A stretch of 64,000 bases of DNA from assembly GCF_003018255.1 (NCBI RefSeq), contig NZ_CP027440.1, one strand, 5' to 3'. The stretch's first letter is position 1. Each line of letters opens with the position of its first letter. Below the pieces are notes generated by a model. That model saw nothing but the letters and a program-made list of their open reading frames with translations, had not been told where the DNA came from and ran no database searches. The position numbers were made by a program, and so were the translations under genes. Below, piece after piece: positions 24,467 through 34,061 of this stretch. Source of the stretch: Escherichia coli (lineage in GTDB: Bacteria > Pseudomonadota > Gammaproteobacteria > Enterobacterales > Enterobacteriaceae).

Positions 24467-24789
24467 CGGCATTACTGACACTGGAAGAGATCAAGGCACA
24501 TCTGCGTGTTGACCATGACGAGGACGATGAGATGCTGATGGACAAGGTTCGTCAGGCTACCGCCGTGCTGCTGGCCTACATTCAGGGCAGCCGGGATAAG
24601 GTGATTCGTGAGGACGGTGAACTGATCCCGGGTGAGGCATTAATCCGGATGAAGGGGGCTGCCATGCGACTGACCGGGATGCTGTACCGGAATCCGGATC
24701 TTGCAGAGCGGGAAGAACTGATTCAGGGGGAGCTGCCGTTTTCTGTGTCCGTGCTGATTTACGATTTGCGTTGTCCGACGGTGTTATGA
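24463..24789 (+). CDS. head-tail connector (gp6-like DNA-packaging/adaptor protein)
   Basis: 108 aa. GTGA overlap with the portal stop; SD AGGAGGTGG. LTLEEIKAHLRVDHDEDDEMLMDKVRQA is typical of Phage_connect_1. Confidence 0.7.
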   Translation: MTALLTLEEIKAHLRVDHDEDDEMLMDKVRQATAVLLAYIQGSRDKVIREDGELIPGEALIRMKGAAMRLTGMLYRNPDLAEREELIQGELPFSVSVLIYDLRCPTVL

Positions 24790-24799
24790 GGAGGGGGGA

Positions 24800-25150
24800 A
24801 TGGCAATATCTGCAGGTCGTCTGACACAGATGATAAGTGTTCTGAACCCGGTGTTAACCCGTAATGCTGCCGGAGAAATGACGGAAGAATGGGTGTCATG
24901 CGGGAAAATTCATGCGGATATCCGTGGCAGGAGCAGCCGGGAGCGGATGCAGTCCGGTGCGGAAATGGCGCAGGCGGAAATCCGCATCTGGGTGCGCGGT
25001 CAGTCTGGTCGTGAAATCACGGCGGCGTCACGACTTCATGTGCTGAGTGGTCCCTGGCGTGACCATGTCCTGAATGTCGTCGGCGTCCCGGTGCCGGATA
25101 CGACCGGCGGGCGTCTGGAAATTCTCTGTCGGCTGGGAGGGGAAAAATGA
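24800..25150 (+). CDS. head closure / head-tail adaptor protein
   Basis: 116 aa; position and size fit the HK97-type connector set. Confidence 0.6.
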   Translation: MAISAGRLTQMISVLNPVLTRNAAGEMTEEWVSCGKIHADIRGRSSRERMQSGAEMAQAEIRIWVRGQSGREITAASRLHVLSGPWRDHVLNVVGVPVPDTTGGRLEILCRLGGEK

Positions 25151-25593
25151 TCGAAACCCTGCTGGATTTTTCGGGGCTGGAGGACATCAGCCGCGATTTG
25201 CAGCTTCTGAGTGGTGCGGAAAACAACCGGGTGCTGCGTGAGGCAACCCGGGAGGGGGCGAATGTACTGAAGGAGGAAGTTGTGTCACGGGCACCGGTGC
25301 GCAGGGGAAAACTGCGCCGTAATGTGGTGGTCCTTTCCCGGCGTTCCCGCGACGGAGGGATGGAATCCGGCGTACATATCCGCGGTGTCAATCCGGACAC
25401 CGGCAACAGCGATAACACCATGAAGGCGGATAACCCCCGCAATGCGTTTTACTGGCGGTTTGTGGAAATGGGAACCGTGAATATGCCACCGCACCCGTTT
25501 GTGCGCCCGGCGTTTGATGTGCGCAGTGAACAGGCAGCGCAGGAGGCGATTGCGCGGATGAACCGGGCCATTGATGAGGTACTGAGACGATGA
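25147..25593 (+). CDS. HK97 gp10-family tail-to-head joining protein
   Basis: 148 aa. 4-nt overlaps on both sides. C-terminal PPHPFVRPAFD motif. Confidence 0.65.
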   Translation: MIETLLDFSGLEDISRDLQLLSGAENNRVLREATREGANVLKEEVVSRAPVRRGKLRRNVVVLSRRSRDGGMESGVHIRGVNPDTGNSDNTMKADNPRNAFYWRFVEMGTVNMPPHPFVRPAFDVRSEQAAQEAIARMNRAIDEVLRR

Positions 25594-25934
25594 CGGAGGC
25601 GGATTTGTATCCTCATCTGGCGCATCTTGCCGGCGGGCAGGTGTACCCGTATGTGGTCCCCCTGCTGGATGGCAGGCCGTCGGTGGCGCTTCCGTGGGTG
25701 GTTTTCAGCCTGATTTCATCGGTGTCTGCGGACGTGATGGGCGGGCAGGCGGAGTCCTCAGTGTCGGTGCAGATAGACGTTTATGCCGGGACTGTGACGC
25801 AGGCGCGTCAGATACGTCAGGACGCCCGTGAAGCCATAATGCTGCTGGCCCCGGGAGCCGTCAGTGAAATGCAGGACTATATTCCGGAAAACCGCTGTTA
25901 CCGTGCAACCCTGGAGTTTCAGGTCACGGTGTGA
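25590..25934 (+). CDS. tail completion protein (DUF3168-like)
   Basis: 114 aa; position immediately before the major tail protein. Confidence 0.55.
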   Translation: MTEADLYPHLAHLAGGQVYPYVVPLLDGRPSVALPWVVFSLISSVSADVMGGQAESSVSVQIDVYAGTVTQARQIRQDAREAIMLLAPGAVSEMQDYIPENRCYRATLEFQVTV

Positions 25935-26000
25935 CTTTTTCTTTTTTCCCACAAAACCCATACCCCGCCGCGTGCGGGTTTTTTATTATCAGGAGGCAGA

Positions 26001-26717
26001 ATGTCTGCTTTGTATGAACGCTCACAGCTGACGCAGGTGATGATTTCATCTGCCCCGGCGACTGCTGAAATTATGGATAAGGCGGAATATCTGCGCCTGG
26101 ACTGCACCATCAAGGAAGTCCAGTTCACCGCCGGTCAGAAACAGGATATTGATGTGACCACGCTCTGCTCCACAGAGCAGGAGAACATCAACGGTCTGGG
26201 GGCGTCGTCCGAGATTTCCATGTCGGGTAATTTTTATCTGAATCAGGCCCAGAACGCCCTGCGTGATGCTTATGACAATGACGCGTTGTATGCGTTTAAG
26301 GTGCAGTTTCCGTCCGGTAAGGGCTTTAAATTCCTGGCGGAAGTGCGTCAGCACACCTGGTCATCCGGTACCAACGGCGTGGTGGCTGCAACGTTCTCAC
26401 TGCGTCTGAAAGGCAAACCGGTGTCCTTTGTGGTACCGCTGGCGTTTGTGAAAAATCTGGATAAGACACTTACCGTGAATACCGGTGCGCTGCTGACAAT
26501 GTCAGTCAGTGCCAACGGGGGAATGCCGCCGTATAAATACGCCTGGAAGAAGGATGGTCAGCCGGTTGACGGGCAGACGACAGACACCTTCAGTAAGCCC
26601 GGTGCGCAGTCCGCTGATGCGGGGAAATATACCTGCGTGGTGACCGATTCGGCAGAGAAAGCACAGAGTGTGACGTCTGTTGAATGCACCGTGACAGTGA
26701 GCGCAGCCGCCGGATAA
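26001..26717 (+). CDS. major tail protein with C-terminal Ig-like domain
   Basis: 238 aa. The C-terminal PPYKYAWKKDGQPVDGQTTDTFSKPGAQSADAGKYTCVVTDS is an I-set Ig signature. Confidence 0.75.
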   Translation: MSALYERSQLTQVMISSAPATAEIMDKAEYLRLDCTIKEVQFTAGQKQDIDVTTLCSTEQENINGLGASSEISMSGNFYLNQAQNALRDAYDNDALYAFKVQFPSGKGFKFLAEVRQHTWSSGTNGVVAATFSLRLKGKPVSFVVPLAFVKNLDKTLTVNTGALLTMSVSANGGMPPYKYAWKKDGQPVDGQTTDTFSKPGAQSADAGKYTCVVTDSAEKAQSVTSVECTVTVSAAAG

Positions 26718-26731
26718 GGGGATGGGGCATC

Positions 26732-27106
26732 ATGAAAAAGGATCTGAAAACGCTGGCGCTGGCCAGACTGTCAGGGTTTCGTCATAAAACGGTGAAGGTG
26801 CCGGAATGGGGTAATGTCAGCGTGGTGCTGCGGGAGCCTTCGGCAGAGGCCTGGTATCTGTGGCAGGACGTGCTCAATGGTGATGGAGAGGATGACGATA
26901 CCCTGTCGGTGGTGGCGAAAACCCGCCGTAACCTGGAAGCGGATGTGACGCTGTTCTGCGATGTCCTGTGTGATACGGACCTGCAGCGGGTGTTCACTCC
27001 GGACGACCGTGAGCAGGTGCTGGCCGTCTATGGTCCGGTACATGCCCGGTTGCTGCGTCAGGCACTGGAACTGATCGCTGATGCAGGGTCGGCCAGAAAA
27101 AAGTAG
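26732..27106 (+). CDS. tail assembly chaperone (G-like)
   Basis: 124 aa from ATG 26732; ends at TAG directly after the slippery A AAA AAG. Confidence 0.7.
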   Translation: MKKDLKTLALARLSGFRHKTVKVPEWGNVSVVLREPSAEAWYLWQDVLNGDGEDDDTLSVVAKTRRNLEADVTLFCDVLCDTDLQRVFTPDDREQVLAVYGPVHARLLRQALELIADAGSARKK

Positions 27107-27411
27107 CCCGCCCGGAAATTCGCTTTCTGATGCGACTTGCGCTCCGTCTGGGGCGCACCTTATCCGAACTGCGCCACAGCCTGAGTGCGAGCGAGGCGAT
27201 GATGTGGATGGAGTTCGACAGGATATCCCCGCTGGGTGATGAGCGCGGGGATATCCGTAATGCACAGATCGTGAAAGCGGTTTTCGGGGCACAGGGGATG
27301 AATGTTGCACTGAAGGACGCCATGCTCTGCTGGGGCGAGGATGAGGATAAACCGGAGGTGGATCCGTTTGCGGCGCTGGAAGACGCGCTGAGCTTTGCAG
27401 CACAGTCATGA
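26732..27411 (+). CDS. tail assembly chaperone G-T-like fusion made by programmed -1 frameshift
   Basis: The -1 frame is open from 27103 through the ORF 27130..27411, with no intervening stop. Placement before the tape-measure gene is conserved. Confidence 0.65.
27097..27103 (+). promoter_or_regulatory. -1 ribosomal frameshift slippery heptamer A AAA AAG
   Basis: Zero-frame codons are AGA AAA AAG TAG. The heptamer fits the X XXY YYZ rule. Confidence 0.65.
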
Positions 27412-27459
27412 ATGATGAGAACCGCTGAGGCGGTTTTTTTTACGCCCGGAGAAAGGTGA

Positions 27460-30400
27460 ATGGCGACGTTACGTGAACTGATTATCAAAATTTCGGCAAA
27501 TTCACAGTCATTCCAGTCGGAGATCCAGCGGGCGTCCCGTATGGGCAGTGAATATTACCGGACCCTGCAGAATGGCGGACGTCAGGCTGCTGCGGCAGCC
27601 AGGGAGCAGCGCCGGGCTCTGGCTGAGCTGAACAGCCAGTTGACGGAAATCCGCGCTTCGGCTGTCGGAATGACCGGTGCGTTTGCCGGTGCCTTTGCCA
27701 CCGGACACCTGATTTCGCTGGCGGATGAATGGAGCTCCGTGAATGCCCGTCTGAAACAGGCGTCGCAGTCATCGGATGAATTTTCGTCATCACAGAAAGT
27801 GCTGATGGATATCAGCCAGCGGACAGGCACCGCATTTTCGGATAATGCGGCCCTGTTTGCTCGTTCTGCCGCCTCAATGCGTGAATATGGTTACAGTGCT
27901 GATGATGTGCTGAAGGTGACGGAGGCCATTTCGACAGGGCTGAAAATTTCCGGTGCCAGTGCGGCAGAGGCGGGTTCGGTGATCACCCAGTTCAGCCAGG
28001 CGCTGGCACAGGGGGTATTGCGCGGCGAGGAATTTAATTCGGTCAATGAAAGTGGGGACCGGATCATTCGCGCACTGGCTGCAGGCATGGGTGTGGCCCG
28101 TAAGGATCTGAAGGCGATGGCGGACGATGGTCAACTGACGGCGGATAAAGTCGTTCCCGCGTTAATCAGCCAGCTGGGGATATTGCGTGATGAATATGCA
28201 GCCATGCCGGAAACGGTGTCTGACGGGATCACGAAGGTGGAAAACGCCTTTATGGCCTGGGTGGGCGGCGCGAATGAGGCCAGCGGAGCGACGAAAACGC
28301 TCTCCGGCGCGCTGAACGGTGTGGCCGGAAATATTGATACCGTGGCAACAGCTGCGGGTGTGCTGGTTGCTGTCGGGGTGGCCCGGTACTTTGGTAATCT
28401 GGCTTCCGGAGCGATGTCTGCCACGGCAGGACTTGTGACCGCTGCACGTAATGAAGTGGCACTGGCTGAGGCCCAGTTAAGGGGAACGCAGATTGCTACG
28501 GCGCGGGCAAGGGCAGCCGTGTACCGGGCTCAGCAGGCTGTGGCGGCAGCCCGCGGGACTGAGATGCAGATTGCGGCAGAGGCCCGTCTGGCGGTCACAC
28601 AGGAACGCCTGAACAGAAATATTGCTGCCAGAACCGCCGCCCAGAATGCGCTGAACAGTACAACGGCAGTGGGTTCTCGTCTGATGAGCGGTGCGCTGGG
28701 ACTGGTTGGAGGCGTACCCGGACTGGTGATGCTGGGAGCTGCCGCATGGTACACGCTGTACCAGAGTCAGGAACAGGCCAGGGAGTCTGCGCGCCAGTAT
28801 GCACTGACGATTGATGAAATCGCGCATAAAACGCCATCAATGTCTCTGCCTGAAGCTTCAGATAATGAAGGGCGAACACGGGAGGCGCTGACAGAGCAGA
28901 ACCGGCTGATTGATGAGCAGGCCAGCCGGGTGAAATCCCTGCAGGAAAAAATCGCCGGGTATCAGTATGTGCTGGCTAATCCGGGCTGGACGACCGGTAA
29001 CGGCTTCATGATAAACCATCTGACATCGGTGAAAACTGTAACGGAAGAGCTTGCTCAGGCAACAGAGCAGTTTGCTGTTGAGCAGTCCCGCCTGGCACAG
29101 ATGCAGGAAAAAGCGCAGTCCATTCAGGATGTGCTTGCCGGACTGGAAGAGCGCCGTGTTGTGTTAATTCGTCAGCAGGCAGCAGAGCAGAATAAAGCGT
29201 ATCAGTCACTGCTGGTCATGAACGGTCAGCATACGGAATTCAACCGCCTGCTGGGGCTGGGTAATGAACTGCTGCAACAGCGTCAGGGACTGGCGAGTGT
29301 ACCGCTGCGACTGTCACAGGCCACTCTGGATGATAAACAGCAGAGCGCCCTGAATAACACAGAGCGTCAACTGGCCCTCTCCCGGCTGAAAGGGGAAGAA
29401 AAAGAGCGTGCCCGGCTGGGGTATGCGGCGGATGACCTTGGTCTGGTGGGGGATATGTATCAGGAGGCGAGGCAGCGTTACATCCGTAATTCGATGGAAG
29501 CCTGGCGCAATAATGAGGCGAATAAACCCAAATCCCGGGGCGAAAAATCTGAGACGGAAAAAGCGGAAGACAGTTTTTCCCGTCTGCTGAAGCAGCAGAA
29601 GGAACAACTGGCACTGGCCGGGAAGAATACAGAACTGGCAAAACTGAAATACCAGACCTCGCAGGGCGAGCTGAAAACCCTGACGGAGATTCAGAAGCAG
29701 GAGCTGCTGCGCAATGCTGCCCTGATTGACCAGAAGAAAATCCGGGAGCAGTTACGGGCCCGGGAGGAGACCCTGAAAAATGATAATGCAGACGCAAGGG
29801 CATCAAATGACGCAGAGCTGCTGGGGTACGGGCAGGGTGAGCGGATCCGTGAACGGATGAGGGAGCTGCAGCAGATTCGTGACAGCTACCGCCAGAAAGA
29901 TGCGGACCTTCAGTCTCAGTATCAGGCAGGGGATATCAGTGAGGATTTTTACAGGCAGGCGCTGGCGCAGAATGCGCAGTATCTGAGTGAACGACTGAAA
30001 GAGCAGGAAGCTTTTTATGCCAGGTCGGATGAACAACGTGCGGACTGGCAGAAAGGACTGCAGGAGGGGGGCAGCAACTGGGTGGACAGCGCATCAGATT
30101 ACGCTTCACAGGCAGCACAGCTTGCGACAGACGGTATCTCAGGGATGGTAAATAACATCACGGAGATGCTGAACGGAAATAAAGTGGAATGGCGCAGCTG
30201 GGCAGCATCAATCCTGCAGGAAATATCAAAAGTTCTTATGAATGCGGCCATTGTCAACGGCATTAAGATGGCGGCAAACAGTATGTCCGGTGCAGGAGGA
30301 TTTTTCGGCAGTATAGGCAACTGGCTGGGTGGCGCGGTGGCAAATGCAAAAGGCGGCGTTTATACCTCGGCAAACCTGAGTGCATACAGTAACAGTATTG

Positions 30401-30702
30401 TGGACACGCCCACGTACTTTGCCTTTGCAAAAGGGGCAGGGCTGATGGGGGAGGCCGGACCTGAAGCCATAATGCCCCTGACCCGGGCAGCGGATGGTTC
30501 ACTCGGCGTGCGTGCGGTGGGCCGCATGAACGGCAGTGCGGGTCTGGTGTATTCTCCGGTGTACCACATCGCCATTCAGAATGACGGCGCTAACGGGCAG
30601 ATAGGGCCGGAAGCGGCGGGCACCCTTGTGCAACTGATTGACCAGCGGGTACAGGCGGTGATGTTATCCATGCGTCGTGACGGAGGAATGCTGAGTGGAT
30701 GA
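27460..30702 (+). CDS. tape measure protein (H-like)
   Basis: 1080 aa. Ala/Gln-rich helical protein downstream of the G/GT pair. Confidence 0.9.
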   Translation: MATLRELIIKISANSQSFQSEIQRASRMGSEYYRTLQNGGRQAAAAAREQRRALAELNSQLTEIRASAVGMTGAFAGAFATGHLISLADEWSSVNARLKQASQSSDEFSSSQKVLMDISQRTGTAFSDNAALFARSAASMREYGYSADDVLKVTEAISTGLKISGASAAEAGSVITQFSQALAQGVLRGEEFNSVNESGDRIIRALAAGMGVARKDLKAMADDGQLTADKVVPALISQLGILRDEYAAMPETVSDGITKVENAFMAWVGGANEASGATKTLSGALNGVAGNIDTVATAAGVLVAVGVARYFGNLASGAMSATAGLVTAARNEVALAEAQLRGTQIATARARAAVYRAQQAVAAARGTEMQIAAEARLAVTQERLNRNIAARTAAQNALNSTTAVGSRLMSGALGLVGGVPGLVMLGAAAWYTLYQSQEQARESARQYALTIDEIAHKTPSMSLPEASDNEGRTREALTEQNRLIDEQASRVKSLQEKIAGYQYVLANPGWTTGNGFMINHLTSVKTVTEELAQATEQFAVEQSRLAQMQEKAQSIQDVLAGLEERRVVLIRQQAAEQNKAYQSLLVMNGQHTEFNRLLGLGNELLQQRQGLASVPLRLSQATLDDKQQSALNNTERQLALSRLKGEEKERARLGYAADDLGLVGDMYQEARQRYIRNSMEAWRNNEANKPKSRGEKSETEKAEDSFSRLLKQQKEQLALAGKNTELAKLKYQTSQGELKTLTEIQKQELLRNAALIDQKKIREQLRAREETLKNDNADARASNDAELLGYGQGERIRERMRELQQIRDSYRQKDADLQSQYQAGDISEDFYRQALAQNAQYLSERLKEQEAFYARSDEQRADWQKGLQEGGSNWVDSASDYASQAAQLATDGISGMVNNITEMLNGNKVEWRSWAASILQEISKVLMNAAIVNGIKMAANSMSGAGGFFGSIGNWLGGAVANAKGGVYTSANLSAYSNSIVDTPTYFAFAKGAGLMGEAGPEAIMPLTRAADGSLGVRAVGRMNGSAGLVYSPVYHIAIQNDGANGQIGPEAAGTLVQLIDQRVQAVMLSMRRDGGMLSG

Positions 30703-31036
30703 GATTAAGACCCTTCACTGGTGTCCCCGGGAAGGGATGCAGGTGACGGAGAAACCGTCGGTGATGACGGTGAAGTTTGGCGACGGTTATCAGCAGCGTC
30801 GTCCGGCAGGACTGAATGCGCAACTGAAGACCTTTCAGGTGGTTTTTCGGGTGACAACGGATGCTGAGCGGGAGGCACTGTCCGCGTTTCTGTCATGGCA
30901 TGGTGGTTACCGGGCTTTTTTGTGGAAGCCCCCGAAACATAACCGGACGGTCAGGGTGGTGTGCCGGGAGTGGAGTATTACGGATAACGCCCGGTACAGT
31001 GATTTCAGTTGCACGATAGAGCAGGTAGTTAGATGA
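30695..31036 (+). CDS. minor tail protein M
   Basis: 113 aa, GTG start overlapping the H stop. VKFGDGYQQRRPAGLNAQLKTFQV and FLSWHGGYRAFLWKPP match remembered lambda gpM. Confidence 0.9.
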   Translation: MDEIKTLHWCPREGMQVTEKPSVMTVKFGDGYQQRRPAGLNAQLKTFQVVFRVTTDAEREALSAFLSWHGGYRAFLWKPPKHNRTVRVVCREWSITDNARYSDFSCTIEQVVR

Positions 31037-31116
31037 GAATTATCCTATAAATCATTCTTTAGTGTTTAGTTGTTAATTATTTTTAATCTGTCTTGTCAGA
31101 AAGTGCGAAATCGATC

Positions 31117-31146
31117 TTGCATTTACATTTTGTTACGTAATATAAA
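31117..31146 (+). promoter_or_regulatory. candidate promoter of the porin moron
   Basis: TTGCAT, 18-bp spacer, TATAAA, in a very AT-rich 200-bp leader. Confidence 0.4.
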
Positions 31147-31234
31147 TTGAACTAAGAATTTGTATTAAAATATTTTAATTTTTGTTCATGACATCTGAAT
31201 GCATGAATAGTTCAGTTTAAATAAGGATTAAATC

Positions 31235-32398
31235 ATGAAAAAAATGACAGTGGCACTTTCTGCTGTAGCAGTTGCAGTGATGTTTGCTGCGGGGGCGCAG
31301 GCAGCAGAAGTTTATAATAAAGATGGTAATAAACTGGATCTTTACGGGCGTGCAACCGCTCTGCATTACTTCTCGGATGATAAAGGTAATGACGGAGATC
31401 AGACTTATGCTCGTCTCGGCTTTAAAGGCGAAACGCAGATTAATGATCAACTGACCGGATTTGGTCAGTGGGAATACCAGTTCTCTGGTAACAAAACGGA
31501 ATCTGAAGGTTCCGCGGGAAATAAAACCCGTCTGGCATTTGCAGGTCTGAGATTTGCTGATGTTGGTAGCATTGATTACGGACGTAACTACGGTATTGCT
31601 TACGATGTCGGATCATATACTGACGTACTGCCAGAGTTTGGTGGTGATGGCTGGACTCAGACCGATAACTTTATGACTGCCCGAACTTCCGGAGTTCTGA
31701 CTTACCGTAATACAGATTTCTTTGGGCTGGTTGATGGTCTGAATTTTGCGGCGCAGTATCAGGGCAAAAATGAGCGCGATGACCTCCAGAAGGCCAATGG
31801 TGATGGGTATGGTTTCTCAGCCAGCTATGAGTTTGATGGTTTTGGTTTTGTGGCTGCGTATACCAAGTCAGATCGTACCAATAAGCAGGTTCAGGGACTG
31901 AATGGTAGCAAAACTATTGAAATCAAAGATCCTTTAACTGGGGATGTGACTGAAAAAGAAGTGGTCGTTGATTCCGGCAGCGTTGCAAAAGGTAAACATG
32001 CTGAATTCTGGGGAACTGGTCTTAAATATGATGCCAATAACCTGTATCTGGCAGCAGTGTATTCAGAAACCCAGAATATGACGACCTTTGGTGATCAAGG
32101 TGTTGCGGATAAAGCTCAGAATATCGAAGCCGTTGTTCAGTATCAGTTTGATTTTGGTCTGCGTCCGTCTCTGGCCTACCTTCAGTCCCGAGGACAGGAT
32201 GTTATGGTTGGTGGTGTGAACCATGGCGATCAGGATCTGGTTAAATATATTGATGTCGGTGCGACTTATTACTTTAACAAGAATATGTCCACCCATGTTG
32301 ATTATAAAATTAACCTGATTGAGGAAAGTGAATTTACCCGGAAAGCCGGTGTTGCGACAGATAATATCGTTGCTGTGGGTATGACTTATCAGTTCTGA
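31235..32398 (+). CDS. general-diffusion porin of the OmpC/OmpF/PhoE/NmpC family
   Basis: 387 aa. Signal peptide ...AQA|[15 protein letters not shown], then [21 protein letters not shown], and the C-terminal ...VAVGMTYQF typical of enterobacterial porins. Confidence 0.9.
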   Translation: MKKMTVALSAVAVAVMFAAGAQAAEVYNKDGNKLDLYGRATALHYFSDDKGNDGDQTYARLGFKGETQINDQLTGFGQWEYQFSGNKTESEGSAGNKTRLAFAGLRFADVGSIDYGRNYGIAYDVGSYTDVLPEFGGDGWTQTDNFMTARTSGVLTYRNTDFFGLVDGLNFAAQYQGKNERDDLQKANGDGYGFSASYEFDGFGFVAAYTKSDRTNKQVQGLNGSKTIEIKDPLTGDVTEKEVVVDSGSVAKGKHAEFWGTGLKYDANNLYLAAVYSETQNMTTFGDQGVADKAQNIEAVVQYQFDFGLRPSLAYLQSRGQDVMVGGVNHGDQDLVKYIDVGATYYFNKNMSTHVDYKINLIEESEFTRKAGVATDNIVAVGMTYQF

Positions 32399-32572
32399 TT
32401 ATTGCTGATAAGTATAATAAATACGGGCCGTCAGCCCTTACTGGCGGCCTGTATCAATGAAAACACAGTTTTCATTGGTCACTGCGATCAGCAATTGCCA
32501 TCTGGCATGTGTTGATTTAACTTTCTGTTATTACCTTTATTGGTTTTATTTTAAATTGGACTTTTATTGTTC

Positions 32573-32596
32573 GGGGCGCGGTTGCGCCCCTTTTTT
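32573..32596 (+). terminator. strong intrinsic terminator 12 bp upstream of tail gene L
   Basis: GGGGCGC-GGTT-GCGCCCC hairpin followed by T6. Confidence 0.8.
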
Positions 32597-32608
32597 ATGG
32601 GCGGATAT

Positions 32609-33307
32609 ATGCAGGATATTCACGAAGAAAGCCTGAACGAGTCGGTTAAGTCAGAGCAGTCACCGCGGGTGGTGCTCTGGGAAATCGACCTGACGGTGCA
32701 GGGCGGTGAGCGGTATTTTTTCTGCAATGAGCTGAATGAAAAAGGGGAGCCGGTGACCTGGCAGGGGCGTGAATATCAGGCGTACCCGATTGAGGGGAGT
32801 GGCTTTGAGATGAACGGAAAGGGCAGCAGTGCCCGCCCGTCGCTGACAGTGTCCAATCTTTTCGGCCTTGTCACCGGGATGGCGGAGGATTTGCAGAGCC
32901 TGGTGGGGGCCACGGTGGTCCGTCGCCGGGTGTATGCGCGTTTTCTGGATGCGGTGAACTTTGTGGCAGGCAATCCTGAGGCAGACCCGGAGCAGGAGCT
33001 GACGGACCGCTGGGTGGTGGAGCAGATGTCAGCGCTGACGGCCATGACGGCCTCGTTTGTGCTGGCGACACCGACGGAGACGGACGGTGCGCTGTTTCCC
33101 GGTCGCATCATGCTGGCGAACACCTGTATGTGGGATTACCGGGGCGATGAATGCGGGTATAACGGTCCGGCAGTGGCGGATGAGTTCGACAACCCCACCA
33201 CGGATATCCGGAAGGACAGATGCAGTAAATGCATGCGCGGGTGTGAGATGCGCGGCATGGTGGCTAATTTCGGCGGTTTCCTTTCCATTAATAAACTTTC
33301 GCAGTAA
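32609..33307 (+). CDS. minor tail protein L
   Basis: 232 aa from ATG 32609 (MQDIHEESLNE...). Near-colinear with remembered lambda gpL, including the terminal FGGFLSINKLSQ. Confidence 0.92.
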   Translation: MQDIHEESLNESVKSEQSPRVVLWEIDLTVQGGERYFFCNELNEKGEPVTWQGREYQAYPIEGSGFEMNGKGSSARPSLTVSNLFGLVTGMAEDLQSLVGATVVRRRVYARFLDAVNFVAGNPEADPEQELTDRWVVEQMSALTAMTASFVLATPTETDGALFPGRIMLANTCMWDYRGDECGYNGPAVADEFDNPTTDIRKDRCSKCMRGCEMRGMVANFGGFLSINKLSQ

Positions 33308-33317
33308 ATCCCGTTTT

Positions 33318-34061
33318 ATGACACAGACTGAATCAGCGATTCTGGCGCATGCCCGGCGGTGTGCGCCAGCGGAGTCGTGCGGCTTCGTGATAAGCACCCC
33401 GGAGGGGGAGCGGTACCAGCCCTGCGTGAATATCTCCGCAGAGCCGGAGGCGTATTTTCGTATTGCACCGGAAGACTGGCTGCAGGCACAGATGCAGGGG
33501 GAGATTGTGGCGCTGGTCCACAGTCATCCCGGTGGTCTGCCCTGGCTGAGCGAGGCGGACCGGCGGCTGCAGATAAAGAGTGCCCTGCCCTGGTGGCTGG
33601 TCTGTCGGGGTGAAATTCACCGGTTCCGCTGTGTGCCGCACCTGACCGGACGGCGCTTTGAACACGGTGTGACGGACTGTTACACCCTGTTCCGGGATGC
33701 ATACCATCTGGCGGGGATAACGCTGCCGGATTTTCATCGCGAGGATGACTGGTGGCGCAACGGCCAGAACCTGTACCTGGACAATATGGAGGCCACTGGC
33801 TTTTGCCGGGTGTCCCTGTCCTCTGCACAGGCAGGCGATATCCTGCTGTGCTGCTTTGGCGCATCGGTGCCGAATCATGCCGCCATTTACTGTGGCAACG
33901 GTGAGCTGCTTCACCATATACCTGAACAACTGAGTAAACGGGAGAGGTATTCTGAAAAATGGCAACGACGAACGCATTCTGTCTGGCGTCACCGCCACTG
34001 GTCCGCATCTGCCTTCACGGGGATTTACAACGATTTGGTCGCCGCATCAGTCTGTATGTGA
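33318..34061 (+). CDS. tail tip assembly protein K (MPN/JAB + NlpC/P60)
   Basis: 247 aa from ATG 33318 (MTQTESAILAHARRCAPAESCGFV...). Matches remembered lambda gpK. Confidence 0.92.
   Translation: MTQTESAILAHARRCAPAESCGFVISTPEGERYQPCVNISAEPEAYFRIAPEDWLQAQMQGEIVALVHSHPGGLPWLSEADRRLQIKSALPWWLVCRGEIHRFRCVPHLTGRRFEHGVTDCYTLFRDAYHLAGITLPDFHREDDWWRNGQNLYLDNMEATGFCRVSLSSAQAGDILLCCFGASVPNHAAIYCGNGELLHHIPEQLSKRERYSEKWQRRTHSVWRHRHWSASAFTGIYNDLVAASVCM

Noticed and set aside
26771-27488. Minus-strand ORFs of 212 and 164 aa across the chaperone/T region
   Set aside because: They are antisense to the conserved G/GT pair, have no RBS, and are Ser/Pro/Arg-rich.
33057-34061. Upstream extension of gene K to 334 aa, and two ~220-230-aa minus-strand ORFs (33316..34008, 33333..33998)
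   Set aside because: Alignment to lambda gpK fixes the start at ATG 33318. The extension overlaps the well-supported L gene, and the minus ORFs are shadows of K.
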